A stretch of DNA of 64,000 nucleotides from a virus (taxonomy: Duplodnaviria; Heunggongvirae; Uroviricota; Caudoviricetes). Made by a program: the position numbers and the translations under genes. Below, piece by piece: positions 56,583 through 64,000 of the stretch. The stretch is from IMG/VR virus record IMGVR_UViG_3300042894_006602, one strand, 5' to 3'. Position 1 is the stretch's first letter. Each line of letters opens with the position of its first letter. Under the pieces are notes generated by a model. That model was not told the origin of the DNA and did not search any database. It saw only the letters and a list, made by a program, of their open reading frames with translations.

Positions 56583-57074
56583 TTATTTTTTAATCCAAAT
56601 TACTGCTATATACTTTGTTCCTACTTCAACTGGTAGACCAGTGTGTAAACTCATAGTGTCTTCTTTTCCATTTTCATCAATGTTGTCCCAAATAACCAAC
56701 TTACCAATTTCTGGTTTAATTGTCCTGTTTAATTTAGGAAATACAGTTTCACCACCTCTAAATCCATTATTTAAATAAACCAATGCTGTCTTTTGACGAA
56801 ACTCACCATCGGTATGTTCTTTATATTCACCACCTTCGACATATCTTACAAAATGAAGTCTTTCTTGTTTATCTATATCAACACCAGATAGGCGAGCAAC
56901 ACCGACTTTGATTTTTGTGACAACTTCATTTTCATCCAACCAATTTACTTTTGCTTTTCTGTATCCTATTTTTACACCACCGGTTGTACCAAGACTTAAA
57001 TTAGAAGACTCACCAAATCCGATTAGTGATTGACACTCATCTGCTGTAAGAAAATTTTCGTATTCAATAATCAT
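56583..57074 (-). CDS. 2OG-Fe(II) oxygenase, prolyl 4-hydroxylase-like (P4Hc)
   Basis: FLTADECQSLI start, HTD..(HxD), RGGETVFP and a distal HTGLPV..G.KY.AV.W match the P4H alpha C-terminal domain pattern. Confidence 0.7.
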   Translation of the reverse strand: MIIEYENFLTADECQSLIGFGESSNLSLGTTGGVKIGYRKAKVNWLDENEVVTKIKVGVARLSGVDIDKQERLHFVRYVEGGEYKEHTDGEFRQKTALVYLNNGFRGGETVFPKLNRTIKPEIGKLVIWDNIDENGKEDTMSLHTGLPVEVGTKYIAVIWIKK

Positions 57075-57307
57075 TTTAATATGTCGTTAATTTTAATATC
57101 TCTCATTTCATCAATAGTTGAGAAGTATTTCTCGTAAATTTTTAATGTCAATGGTGTTCTTAAAGATTCTTCACAATCTACCCAAAATATCAATCCATTT
57201 TCGTACTCAAATTCACTAGAAGGTATAGTTTGGTAAATCTTACCTTTTGCACAAATAACTGAATTATCATCAGGGTTAAACATTGTTCGTTTGCAATAAA
57301 TCTCCAC
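57071..57307 (-). CDS. small hypothetical protein
   Basis: ORF only. Confidence 0.35.
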   Translation of the reverse strand: MEIYCKRTMFNPDDNSVICAKGKIYQTIPSSEFEYENGLIFWVDCEESLRTPLTLKIYEKYFSTIDEMRDIKINDILK

Positions 57308-57316
57308 TCATATCAA

Positions 57317-57658
57317 TTAGTTTTTTGTATCAATACTTACATTTGTAATTTGATTAAGTTTAATATCTCTTAACAATTGAATAAAATATCTTTCTAAATC
57401 ACTTGGTGAATTAAATTCAATTCCTATATAACTATCTTTACTATCAAAAACTATCCATTTATCTTTAGAATAAATATGATTATAGTTTGTTACACCTGGT
57501 ATAATCACAAAACTATCTAATTCATTACCTCTGTAATTTGAATCGACTTCTTCTTTCGTGAACCATTTGATGGTTTCAATACCGCTTGTCTTAGTTATTC
57601 TAAGCATATTCTTTAATTCTATTATTAGCGACTTCAATATATTCTTGTTGTCTTTCAA
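57317..57658 (-). CDS. hypothetical protein (start uncertain; overlaps MTase 3' end)
   Basis: ORF only. Confidence 0.35.
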   Translation of the reverse strand: MKDNKNILKSLIIELKNMLRITKTSGIETIKWFTKEEVDSNYRGNELDSFVIIPGVTNYNHIYSKDKWIVFDSKDSYIGIEFNSPSDLERYFIQLLRDIKLNQITNVSIDTKN

Positions 57659-58403
57659 AGCCTATAAAGGATCTACCCAGTTTTTGAGCAGAAACTCCAG
57701 TTGTTCCAGTTCCCATAAAAGGATCTAAAACTATATCACCTTCTTGAGTTGAACCTTTGATAAAATAGTCAACCAATTCGACTGGATAAACAGCGACGTG
57801 ATTATCCGCAATTCTTTTTGATTCAGATGATATATTTACCAGTGTAGTTGGAAGAGCACCAAGTGGATTAGGAGCCCAGTCTTTATATTCTTCTACTTCA
57901 TTTTCAGTTCTGGCATATCTTTTTTTCAGAGGTTTCTTCATTCTTTTAATTGATTTCTCTGAATATTCGGTTCTCATTTCATCTAAATAAAACTTGAAGC
58001 CCTTTTCTTTAGCAAACCAGAAAATATATTCTACACGGTCTCCAAATCTGCTTCTATTTGGAAGACTTTTCATTTTATTCCAGAAAAGTCTTTCAAACAT
58101 TTTTAGTTCAGTTCTTTTGTGTATTTGAGATATTAAATCAAAAACATAAGGGTGTCTGAATCCACCTTCGACTTTATCATTTATATTTAAAATAAAAGAA
58201 CCTGTCGGTTTAATAACTCGACAGATTTCATTACAGATTGGTAGAAACCACTCAACATATTCATCAGCTAAAATGCCTGGATTATCTATGTAGACTTTTA
58301 AATCAGCATATGGTGGTGATGTGATCACCAAATCAACTGAGTTGTCTGGTAATTTTAATAGAAGTTCTAAAGAATCACCTTGATATATCTGATTTAATTC
58401 CAT
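57600..58403 (-). CDS. DNA methyltransferase, beta-class N4/N6 (ParB-less DNA_methylase N-4/N-6 family)
   Basis: IYQGDSLELL, DLVITSPPYA (catalytic SPPY) and a C-terminal DPFMGTGTTG AdoMet motif. Confidence 0.8.
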   Translation of the reverse strand: MELNQIYQGDSLELLLKLPDNSVDLVITSPPYADLKVYIDNPGILADEYVEWFLPICNEICRVIKPTGSFILNINDKVEGGFRHPYVFDLISQIHKRTELKMFERLFWNKMKSLPNRSRFGDRVEYIFWFAKEKGFKFYLDEMRTEYSEKSIKRMKKPLKKRYARTENEVEEYKDWAPNPLGALPTTLVNISSESKRIADNHVAVYPVELVDYFIKGSTQEGDIVLDPFMGTGTTGVSAQKLGRSFIGFERQQEYIEVANNRIKEYA

Positions 58404-58987
58404 TAAATTCCTTTACTTTTCTTATCTAAAAATTCTTTTTCTTCATCAGATAAAGAATCAAAACCTTGACTGGAAATTTTATCTAAAATTGAGTCTAAGT
58501 CTAAATCTAACTCCTCACTTAAATCACCCTTAACAAAATCTCGTATAGTATCAAATGAAACTATCTCTCTGTTCAATTCCGGAATTGAGTTAGTAATTTC
58601 GGTGTTTTCGTGATATTCAGATTCAACTATCATTTTAACTTTAGTGATCTCGGCTACGATTTCTTGAATCATTTCCGGAACCACTCCTTTAGGAAGGCGG
58701 TCAGCCAACATAAAGTTACCAATCTTAATAGTTAAACTAACTCTAACCTTAGACATTTCAAAGTTTAATCTTTCTGGATACTTCAGAGTTGAACTGTCTT
58801 CAGTCATTTTTAAGTACAATTCTTCTTTGTCTGAAACCTTTGGTACAAAAAATCCAAAGGTGTAGAAGAATTGTAATTTATCTTCATTTATGTCTTTTTT
58901 TAGATATTCTTTTATGTTCTGTAACCATTGTTCAACAACTGGGAAATCTTCTAAAACTTCAATTTTGGAAACTGGTATTGTATTCAT
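58403..58987 (-). CDS. hypothetical protein (194 aa)
   Basis: ORF only. The acidic C-terminus reads ILDKISSQGFDSLSDEEKEFL. Confidence 0.4.
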   Translation of the reverse strand: MNTIPVSKIEVLEDFPVVEQWLQNIKEYLKKDINEDKLQFFYTFGFFVPKVSDKEELYLKMTEDSSTLKYPERLNFEMSKVRVSLTIKIGNFMLADRLPKGVVPEMIQEIVAEITKVKMIVESEYHENTEITNSIPELNREIVSFDTIRDFVKGDLSEELDLDLDSILDKISSQGFDSLSDEEKEFLDKKSKGI

Positions 58988-59014
58988 TTTTTTGATTATT
59001 TGATATTTATATTT

Positions 59015-59641
59015 TTAGTTTTGATTTAGTTCATTTCTACCATCAAGTTCATAGTATGATATAAAAATAAAAATTATAGAAAAGAATATTAAAATAAGGT
59101 CAAATGCTAATAAGGCGTATAATAAAACTAAGATAGAAAATGCCATTGATACAATACCACTGTACAATTGACCTCTTTTTCCAAAGTGTTTTAGAAATAC
59201 CGCTTTAGTAATTCTACCACCATCTAATGGATAGATAGGTAGTATATTAAATATAGAAAGAAATAGATTTATAATTATAAAAAGTTTGGTAAATTCAATA
59301 AATGCTTCTGGGATGATACCAGAAAAAAGTAAACACGAAGAAAGTAAAACTAATGCCGCATTTGAAAGTGGACCAGCTGAAACAATTCTAATTGTGTCTT
59401 TATAATTATTCTGGTATCCTAAATCAATTTCAGCAGCACCATGAAATATATCTAAATATATTCTATGAACAGGATATCCAAGTTTTTTAGCAACCCAAGC
59501 ATGAGACATTTCGTGAATTAACACCGAAATGAAAGCAATGAAAACTAACTTTACAGAAAGAAATAAGAAGAGTATAAGAAACCAATATTTTAGATAGACT
59601 GGGGTTCCATGAAAGTCGAATAATTTAAAGCTGTTTTTCAT
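59015..59641 (-). CDS. M50-family (site-2 protease-like) membrane metallopeptidase
   Basis: HEMSHAWVA (HExxH in a TM helix) and NLLPIYPLDGG (the LDG motif), with multiple TM segments. Confidence 0.7.
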   Translation of the reverse strand: MKNSFKLFDFHGTPVYLKYWFLILFLFLSVKLVFIAFISVLIHEMSHAWVAKKLGYPVHRIYLDIFHGAAEIDLGYQNNYKDTIRIVSAGPLSNAALVLLSSCLLFSGIIPEAFIEFTKLFIIINLFLSIFNILPIYPLDGGRITKAVFLKHFGKRGQLYSGIVSMAFSILVLLYALLAFDLILIFFSIIFIFISYYELDGRNELNQN

Positions 59642-59643
59642 TT

Positions 59644-60075
59644 TTATTTATTTAAAATTTTATTTAATCTACCTTCTCTAAACTCTACAATACTAATACC
59701 TTTGACAATATTATCTAATGCATCTTCAACATCTTGAATAGATGGGTTCATATCTTGACAGAAATTTTTTAATATAGAATCTCTTAATTTATTGTTTTCA
59801 CCTTCAGATTTGTAGTTTGAAATAAGAATCATTCCATCTGGTAAAGTTTTATTCTTTAACCACAAATTGGGACCATCTTCTAATTCCCAATTATCATTTT
59901 TGAGTGTGAATTTTATCTCAATTTCATACTCAGTTCCATCTTCGCCTTTACTTAACATTTTTCTTTTGTAACCTCTTGAAACTGAATTTGAATTATCTTC
60001 AGTCCACTTCAATATTCCAGTATCGGTTAGATATGTCAGTGTTTTTGCTATTTCTATAATTTTATCTTTCAACAT
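59644..60075 (-). CDS. hypothetical protein (143 aa)
   Basis: ORF only. Confidence 0.4.
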   Translation of the reverse strand: MLKDKIIEIAKTLTYLTDTGILKWTEDNSNSVSRGYKRKMLSKGEDGTEYEIEIKFTLKNDNWELEDGPNLWLKNKTLPDGMILISNYKSEGENNKLRDSILKNFCQDMNPSIQDVEDALDNIVKGISIVEFREGRLNKILNK

Positions 60076-60274
60076 TTTTGAAATTTTTTTCTACCCATTC
60101 GAGTGGATACTCATTATACTCATTTGAATAAAGTCGGTGATTTAAAACAACCATAACCTCTGTTTGTTCATTATCTACATAAAGAACTTTGTACTCCTTT
60201 CCTTTTTCGAAAAGGGGCCAGCCAATAATATTGTTAATTGTTTTTTTACAGATTAATTTATCATCTTTTCTCAT
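60062..60274 (-). CDS. small hypothetical protein
   Basis: ORF only. Confidence 0.3.
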   Translation of the reverse strand: MRKDDKLICKKTINNIIGWPLFEKGKEYKVLYVDNEQTEVMVVLNHRLYSNEYNEYPLEWVEKNFKNVER

Positions 60275-60289
60275 AATAGAATTTTTAAT

Positions 60290-60664
60290 TTATATTCCTA
60301 AAACTTTGAATTTATCCTCTCTTAATGATATCTTATTTGGTTTAAAAGTTGTCTTAACATAGCCAAACCATTCAGCCCAGGTTTCAAATACTGGGTCAGA
60401 ATACCATCTATCTACATCTTTAGTTGAAATAGCATCTAATTGAACAGAATAAAGTGACATAATTTTTTCTTTATCACTATCTCTAAGATGTTTCCACCAA
60501 TATTTATCAATTCTTCCTATCAAAAACTTTTGATAGAATGTAGAAAACCGATGTTCTTTTTCTCTGCGAATTTGTCTATCAGATTTGCGTGACCAATAAT
60601 CATCAAATTCACCGTCTCGTTGCTTTTCTTGATACTTTACAAATCTATTATCTTTATATTTCAT
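60290..60664 (-). CDS. hypothetical protein (124 aa)
   Basis: ORF only. Confidence 0.4.
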   Translation of the reverse strand: MKYKDNRFVKYQEKQRDGEFDDYWSRKSDRQIRREKEHRFSTFYQKFLIGRIDKYWWKHLRDSDKEKIMSLYSVQLDAISTKDVDRWYSDPVFETWAEWFGYVKTTFKPNKISLREDKFKVLGI

Positions 60665-61137
60665 CTGATTAAATTGTCAATTTTCATATTTCTTAAAACA
60701 ACTTTGATATTGTTTTTATTTCCTTCTAAAATTTCATCAACAAATCTATTTGTTTTATGATGTAATCCCGTTTTATCTGAAATACCTGATATCATAGTCA
60801 TTGGTCCAATATATTCTTCAAACTTCTTAGACATTGTGATAACGTTTAGATTTTGTGTTTCGTAGAGATACATCAAAATATTTTTGAATTTACCATCAAT
60901 ACTTTTTCTATCTGGTCTCCACACTTTCCAATATTTATTGAAAAAGTCAGTCATATCATCTGGTGTGTATAACTTATGTTCAACTGTTGGTTCAAATCCA
61001 ATCCAATGATTATATTTCTCAAGTATATAATCAGGACTTTGACTTAAAGGATCATTATTATCTACATACTTACTGAAATTCACATTGAATTTCATAAGAT
61101 TAACAATTTGATTATACTCTTTATCTAAAGATAACAT
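60661..61137 (-). CDS. hypothetical protein (158 aa)
   Basis: ORF only. Confidence 0.4.
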   Translation of the reverse strand: MLSLDKEYNQIVNLMKFNVNFSKYVDNNDPLSQSPDYILEKYNHWIGFEPTVEHKLYTPDDMTDFFNKYWKVWRPDRKSIDGKFKNILMYLYETQNLNVITMSKKFEEYIGPMTMISGISDKTGLHHKTNRFVDEILEGNKNNIKVVLRNMKIDNLIR

Positions 61138-61208
61138 TTTACAAATATATCTAAAATTCGGAAGAAAACAAAGGTTTTTTATATATAGTCTAAAATATAT
61201 TTTTTAAA

Positions 61209-62099
61209 ATGAGAATTAAACACAAATTATTATCTGATTATCAATACACAACACCTGATAAGAAGATATTTTTAATTAAATCTGGAACTATTCTTGAAGA
61301 GTATGTATATAAGGTAAAAAATGAATCTATTATTATCGATAGAGATATTATTGACAATAATCCGGACTTTTTTGAGGTTGTTGATTGGAAATATGAGTTG
61401 ATGAATTATATGAAGGTTCAAAAATTACCGACACCAGCTCAACTTCATAAAAAAATTGTTCCTTTTATCGAAGAAATGGTTCTCTCTTCTATTTCACAAA
61501 ATTCTAATTCTGGTCCAGTAGTAGACGAAGCTAAAGTTAAAGAATTAGAATGGAAAGAAATCGATCTTAATAACAGAGAAAAAAGAATTTCAGATAAAGA
61601 AGAAGAAATTGATATTAGACTTAAAAGAGTTGAAAAAAGAGAACAAGACCATAAAGATGAACTTAAAGGTTTAGATAAGAAAGAAGATGAACTAAGAGAA
61701 AGGTCAAGAGAACTTACAGAAAAACAATTAGACTTAGAAGATAAAATTCAAGACTTAAATGAAAAAGAAAGAAATTTTGACAGAAGTGTATTAGAATCTG
61801 CTGGTCAGTTAGATGAGAAATATAAAGAACTTCAACAAAAAATTGATAAAGATTTAGAAGTAGTATCAGAAAAAGAAAAAGAGTTAGAGAAACTATCTAA
61901 AGAACTGAAAAGAAAAGAAGATGAATTGATAAAAAGAGAATCTGCTATAGAGGATAAAGCAAGAGATTTCGATATTAAAAACGAAGAATTTATTCAATGG
62001 AGTCAAGAAATTATCAAATTAGATAAGGAAATAAAAGACTGGGAAAAATTACATTGGAAATTTAAAAGATCAGCAAAACCACCTTCAATAGAAAAATAA
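61209..62099 (+). CDS. coiled-coil protein (296 aa)
   Basis: The C-terminal two thirds are a Lys/Glu heptad-rich coiled coil. Followed by a terminator. Confidence 0.5.
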   Translation: MRIKHKLLSDYQYTTPDKKIFLIKSGTILEEYVYKVKNESIIIDRDIIDNNPDFFEVVDWKYELMNYMKVQKLPTPAQLHKKIVPFIEEMVLSSISQNSNSGPVVDEAKVKELEWKEIDLNNREKRISDKEEEIDIRLKRVEKREQDHKDELKGLDKKEDELRERSRELTEKQLDLEDKIQDLNEKERNFDRSVLESAGQLDEKYKELQQKIDKDLEVVSEKEKELEKLSKELKRKEDELIKRESAIEDKARDFDIKNEEFIQWSQEIIKLDKEIKDWEKLHWKFKRSAKPPSIEK

Positions 62100-62127
62100 A
62101 AAAGAGGACTTTTAAAGTCCTTTTTTT
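62097..62127 (+). terminator. rho-independent terminator (AGGACTTTTAAAGTCCT + T7)
   Basis: Hairpin then T-run immediately after the stop. Confidence 0.7.
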
Positions 62128-62154
62128 ATGTCTAAAATATTTAATATATAATAT

Positions 62155-62898
62155 ATGAACGATTTAAAAAGACTTTATAACTACTTAAAGAAGAATAACA
62201 AAAAGAAAATTCTTTTTTTAACAACTTCAAATAGATGGAGTGGTGATAAAGAACTTCCTAAATCATCTATTATAGCCGAAGAGATTATGAAAAAATTAGG
62301 CGGTGATAGATGTCAAATAATCAATGTCGCAAAACTTAAAATATTTCCATGTGAAGGTAATGTTTCAACTAAAAGGGGAAATACTTGTGGATTGAAAGAC
62401 GCTTTACTTAAAGACAAAGAAAAGAATCCAACTGGTAACATACGATGCTGGGCATCACTTAATAATAAGTCCGATGAAATGTATAAGGTAGCAAATGCTA
62501 TTTTTGAAGCAGATATTGTAATTTTTTTTGGATCAATCAGATGGGGTAAAATGAATGCTATCTATACTTCTTTAATCGAAAGACTTACTTGGTTAGAAAA
62601 TAGACACACTACACTTGGTGAAAGTAATTTACTTAAAAATAAAGAAGCTGGTGTAGTAGCAGTTGGTCATAACTGGAATGGTGAAGAAGCAGTAAAATTA
62701 GAAAAAGAAGTTTTAAGTTTTTTTGGATTTAAAACACCTACACAATTATCATTTAACTGGCAATTCTTAAAAAATGCTAATGATGAATCTAAAGATGGTT
62801 ATTTAGAAGAGTTTGGAGAATTTCTAAAAGACTTTAATTTTGTTGAAACACTACAAGAATCAGTAATTAAATTTACTGAATGGATTCGTAAAGTTTAA
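62155..62898 (+). CDS. flavodoxin-like NAD(P)H-dependent FMN reductase family protein (tentative)
   Basis: KKILFLTTSNRWSG..S, then ADIVIFFGSIRWGKMNAIYTSLIERL, fits the FMN_red / iron-sulfur flavoprotein layout. Confidence 0.4.
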   Translation: MNDLKRLYNYLKKNNKKKILFLTTSNRWSGDKELPKSSIIAEEIMKKLGGDRCQIINVAKLKIFPCEGNVSTKRGNTCGLKDALLKDKEKNPTGNIRCWASLNNKSDEMYKVANAIFEADIVIFFGSIRWGKMNAIYTSLIERLTWLENRHTTLGESNLLKNKEAGVVAVGHNWNGEEAVKLEKEVLSFFGFKTPTQLSFNWQFLKNANDESKDGYLEEFGEFLKDFNFVETLQESVIKFTEWIRKV

Positions 62899-62917
62899 TC
62901 TTAAAAAAATATTCTAA

Positions 62918-62955
62918 TAAAAAATAACCGGTCTTTTGAACCGGTTATTTTTTAT
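62918..62955. terminator. bidirectional terminator (ATAACCGGTCTTTTGAACCGGTTAT + T7)
   Basis: Hairpin between convergent genes with an A-run and a T-run. Confidence 0.7.
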
Positions 62956-62970
62956 ATTTAGAATTTCTAT

Positions 62971-64000
62971 TTAGTAGATTTTGTTGAGTGTGAATATGTC
63001 ACCATAAATAGTATTATTTGTACTCGCTGTACCCCACTCAACAGTAACATCCAATGTATTACTAATTGTAGTATTAAAAGTTGTATTATTGACTGTGTTG
63101 AATGAGAATCCTTCGATTGTCGCATTAACCGTCTTTGTATATTTGAAAACACCAAGAGTTACAATAGATGCAACGGTGGTTCCACCTAATGCTCTAATCG
63201 TAAAGTTGATTGAAAGAGACCATACATCATTTGTAGTAGCATTCAGTGTTTGTACACCACTGTCAGCTAAAACCACAGCTCCTGACTTAACACGGACTCT
63301 AATAGTATTATTATTTTGATTACTAATCAATCCACCAAAATCAGCTCTAAAGCTATCTCCCACAGAGAACTGATTTGCTCCTACTGTAAGAGTTCCCACA
63401 CCTGAACCAATAATAGTTGTTTCTGTTGTTGTATTAGTGACCGCAGTGCTATTAGCTGTTTGAGAATACAAACCATATACTAATGGTAAAGGGAATACAG
63501 GTGTAGTACCGCTCGTTCCTGAAGTTCCAGCGGTTCCGGCAGAACCGGATGTACCTTCAATTCCTGAAGTTCCGGATGAACCAGATGTTCCAGATGATCC
63601 AGCAGTTCCGGAAGAACCACTTGTACCGGAAGAGCCGGATGTACCTTCAATTCCTGAAGTTCCGGATGAACCAGATGTTCCTGAAGAACCAGTAGTACCG
63701 GAAGATCCAGATGTTCCTGAAGAACCAGTAGTACCGGAAGATCCGGATGTACCGGAAGATCCGGATGTACCGGAAGAACCAGCAGTACCAGAAGAACCAG
63801 CAGTTCCTGATGAACCACTTGTACCAGAAGAACCAGCAGTACCAGAAGAACCAGCAGTTCCTGATGAACCACTTGTCCCGTCAATTCCAGATGTTCCTGA
63901 AGAACCAGTAGTACCGGAAGATCCAGATGTTCCTGAAGAACCAGTAGTACCGGAAGATCCGGATGTACCGGAAGATCCGGATGTACCGGAAGAACCAGAT
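62971..64000 (-). CDS. collagen-like (Gly-X-Y, Ser/Thr-rich) repeat protein with C-terminal globular domain; N-terminus beyond window end
   Basis: The reverse complement of 63480-64000 translates in frame with the 166-aa C-terminal ORF as ..GTSGSSGTSGIEGTSGSAGTAGTSGTSGTTPVFPLP.., Gly at every third residue. The track ORF 63480-63884 is an alternate frame of the same repeats. Confidence 0.65.
   Translation of the reverse strand, partial: SGSSGTSGSSGTSGSSGTTGSSGTSGSSGTTGSSGTSGIDGTSGSSGTAGSSGTAGSSGTSGSSGTAGSSGTAGSSGTSGSSGTSGSSGTTGSSGTSGSSGTTGSSGTSGSSGTSGIEGTSGSSGTSGSSGTAGSSGTSGSSGTSGIEGTSGSAGTAGTSGTSGTTPVFPLPLVYGLYSQTANSTAVTNTTTETTIIGSGVGTLTVGANQFSVGDSFRADFGGLISNQNNNTIRVRVKSGAVVLADSGVQTLNATTNDVWSLSINFTIRALGGTTVASIVTLGVFKYTKTVNATIEGFSFNTVNNTTFNTTISNTLDVTVEWGTASTNNTIYGDIFTLNKIY
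63480..64000. repeat. nucleotide-level tandem repeats (9/18/27-nt units such as GTACCGGAAGATCCGGAT) underlying the collagen-like coding region
   Basis: Visible repeated units in the sequence. Coding, not CRISPR. Confidence 0.7.

Noticed and set aside
63480-63884. 134-aa minus-strand ORF rich in Leu/Val/His/Gln (MTGQVVHQELLVLL...)
   Set aside because: It is an alternate reading frame of the collagen-like tandem repeats. The frame continuous with the 62971-63471 ORF gives Gly-X-Y repeats and is the plausible one.
63480-64000. Possible CRISPR-like array suggested by short tandem nucleotide repeats
   Set aside because: The units are contiguous, with no spacers. They are in-frame and encode Gly-X-Y repeats. 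No CRISPR array exists in the window.

Overview
The window is AT-rich (about 30% GC by eye) and gene-dense, with short genes on both strands and many A-run/hairpin/T-run bidirectional terminators. The gene content has two distinct parts.

The left third (about 1-17 kb) looks like a Bacteroidetes cell-surface and envelope region:
- a run of signal-peptide proteins, one carrying a clear type IX secretion (T9SS) C-terminal sorting domain, plus S/N/G/Q-rich low-complexity linkers;
- a GT2 glycosyltransferase, an LpxH-like phosphoesterase, an SPFH/band-7 protein and lipoproteins;
- Bacteroidetes-style -7 promoter boxes (TAnnTTTG) that recur upstream of minus-strand genes.

The remainder has a strong phage/mobile flavour:
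- two tRNA genes, one of them (anticodon UCU, Arg, if the inferred splice junction is right) split by a 210-nt group I intron whose core closely matches the Azoarcus and cyanobacterial IC3 tRNA introns;
- HNH endonucleases and three DNA methyltransferases of different classes (Dam-like, Eco57I/TaqI-like with a convergent PD-(D/E)xK partner, and a beta-class N4/N6 enzyme);
- a McrBC-like gene pair;
- a umuD'C-like pair in which the UmuD homolog is pre-truncated and lacks the catalytic serine;
- two metallophosphoesterases;
- two tandem phage tail-collar-domain genes;
- a CCA-adding enzyme next to a 2H (LigT-like) phosphoesterase;
- a four-gene tandem paralog array and a loose family of unrelated proteins that all begin with a MK[YF][LI]K.F[EN]E[FL]-type N-terminal peptide resembling the T4 capsid-targeting sequence;
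- a protein with about 16 DnaJ-type CxxCxGxG repeats;
- a fusion of a putative metallopeptidase and a VWA domain;
- a P4H-like 2OG-Fe(II) oxygenase, an M50 protease, and a collagen-like (Gly-X-Y, Ser/Thr-rich) protein that runs off the right edge.

No rRNA and no CRISPR array are present.

My reading is a large Bacteroidetes-infecting phage, or a phage-derived island in a Bacteroidetes chromosome. This cannot be settled from sequence alone. All homology calls below rest on motifs recognised by eye, not on database searches.
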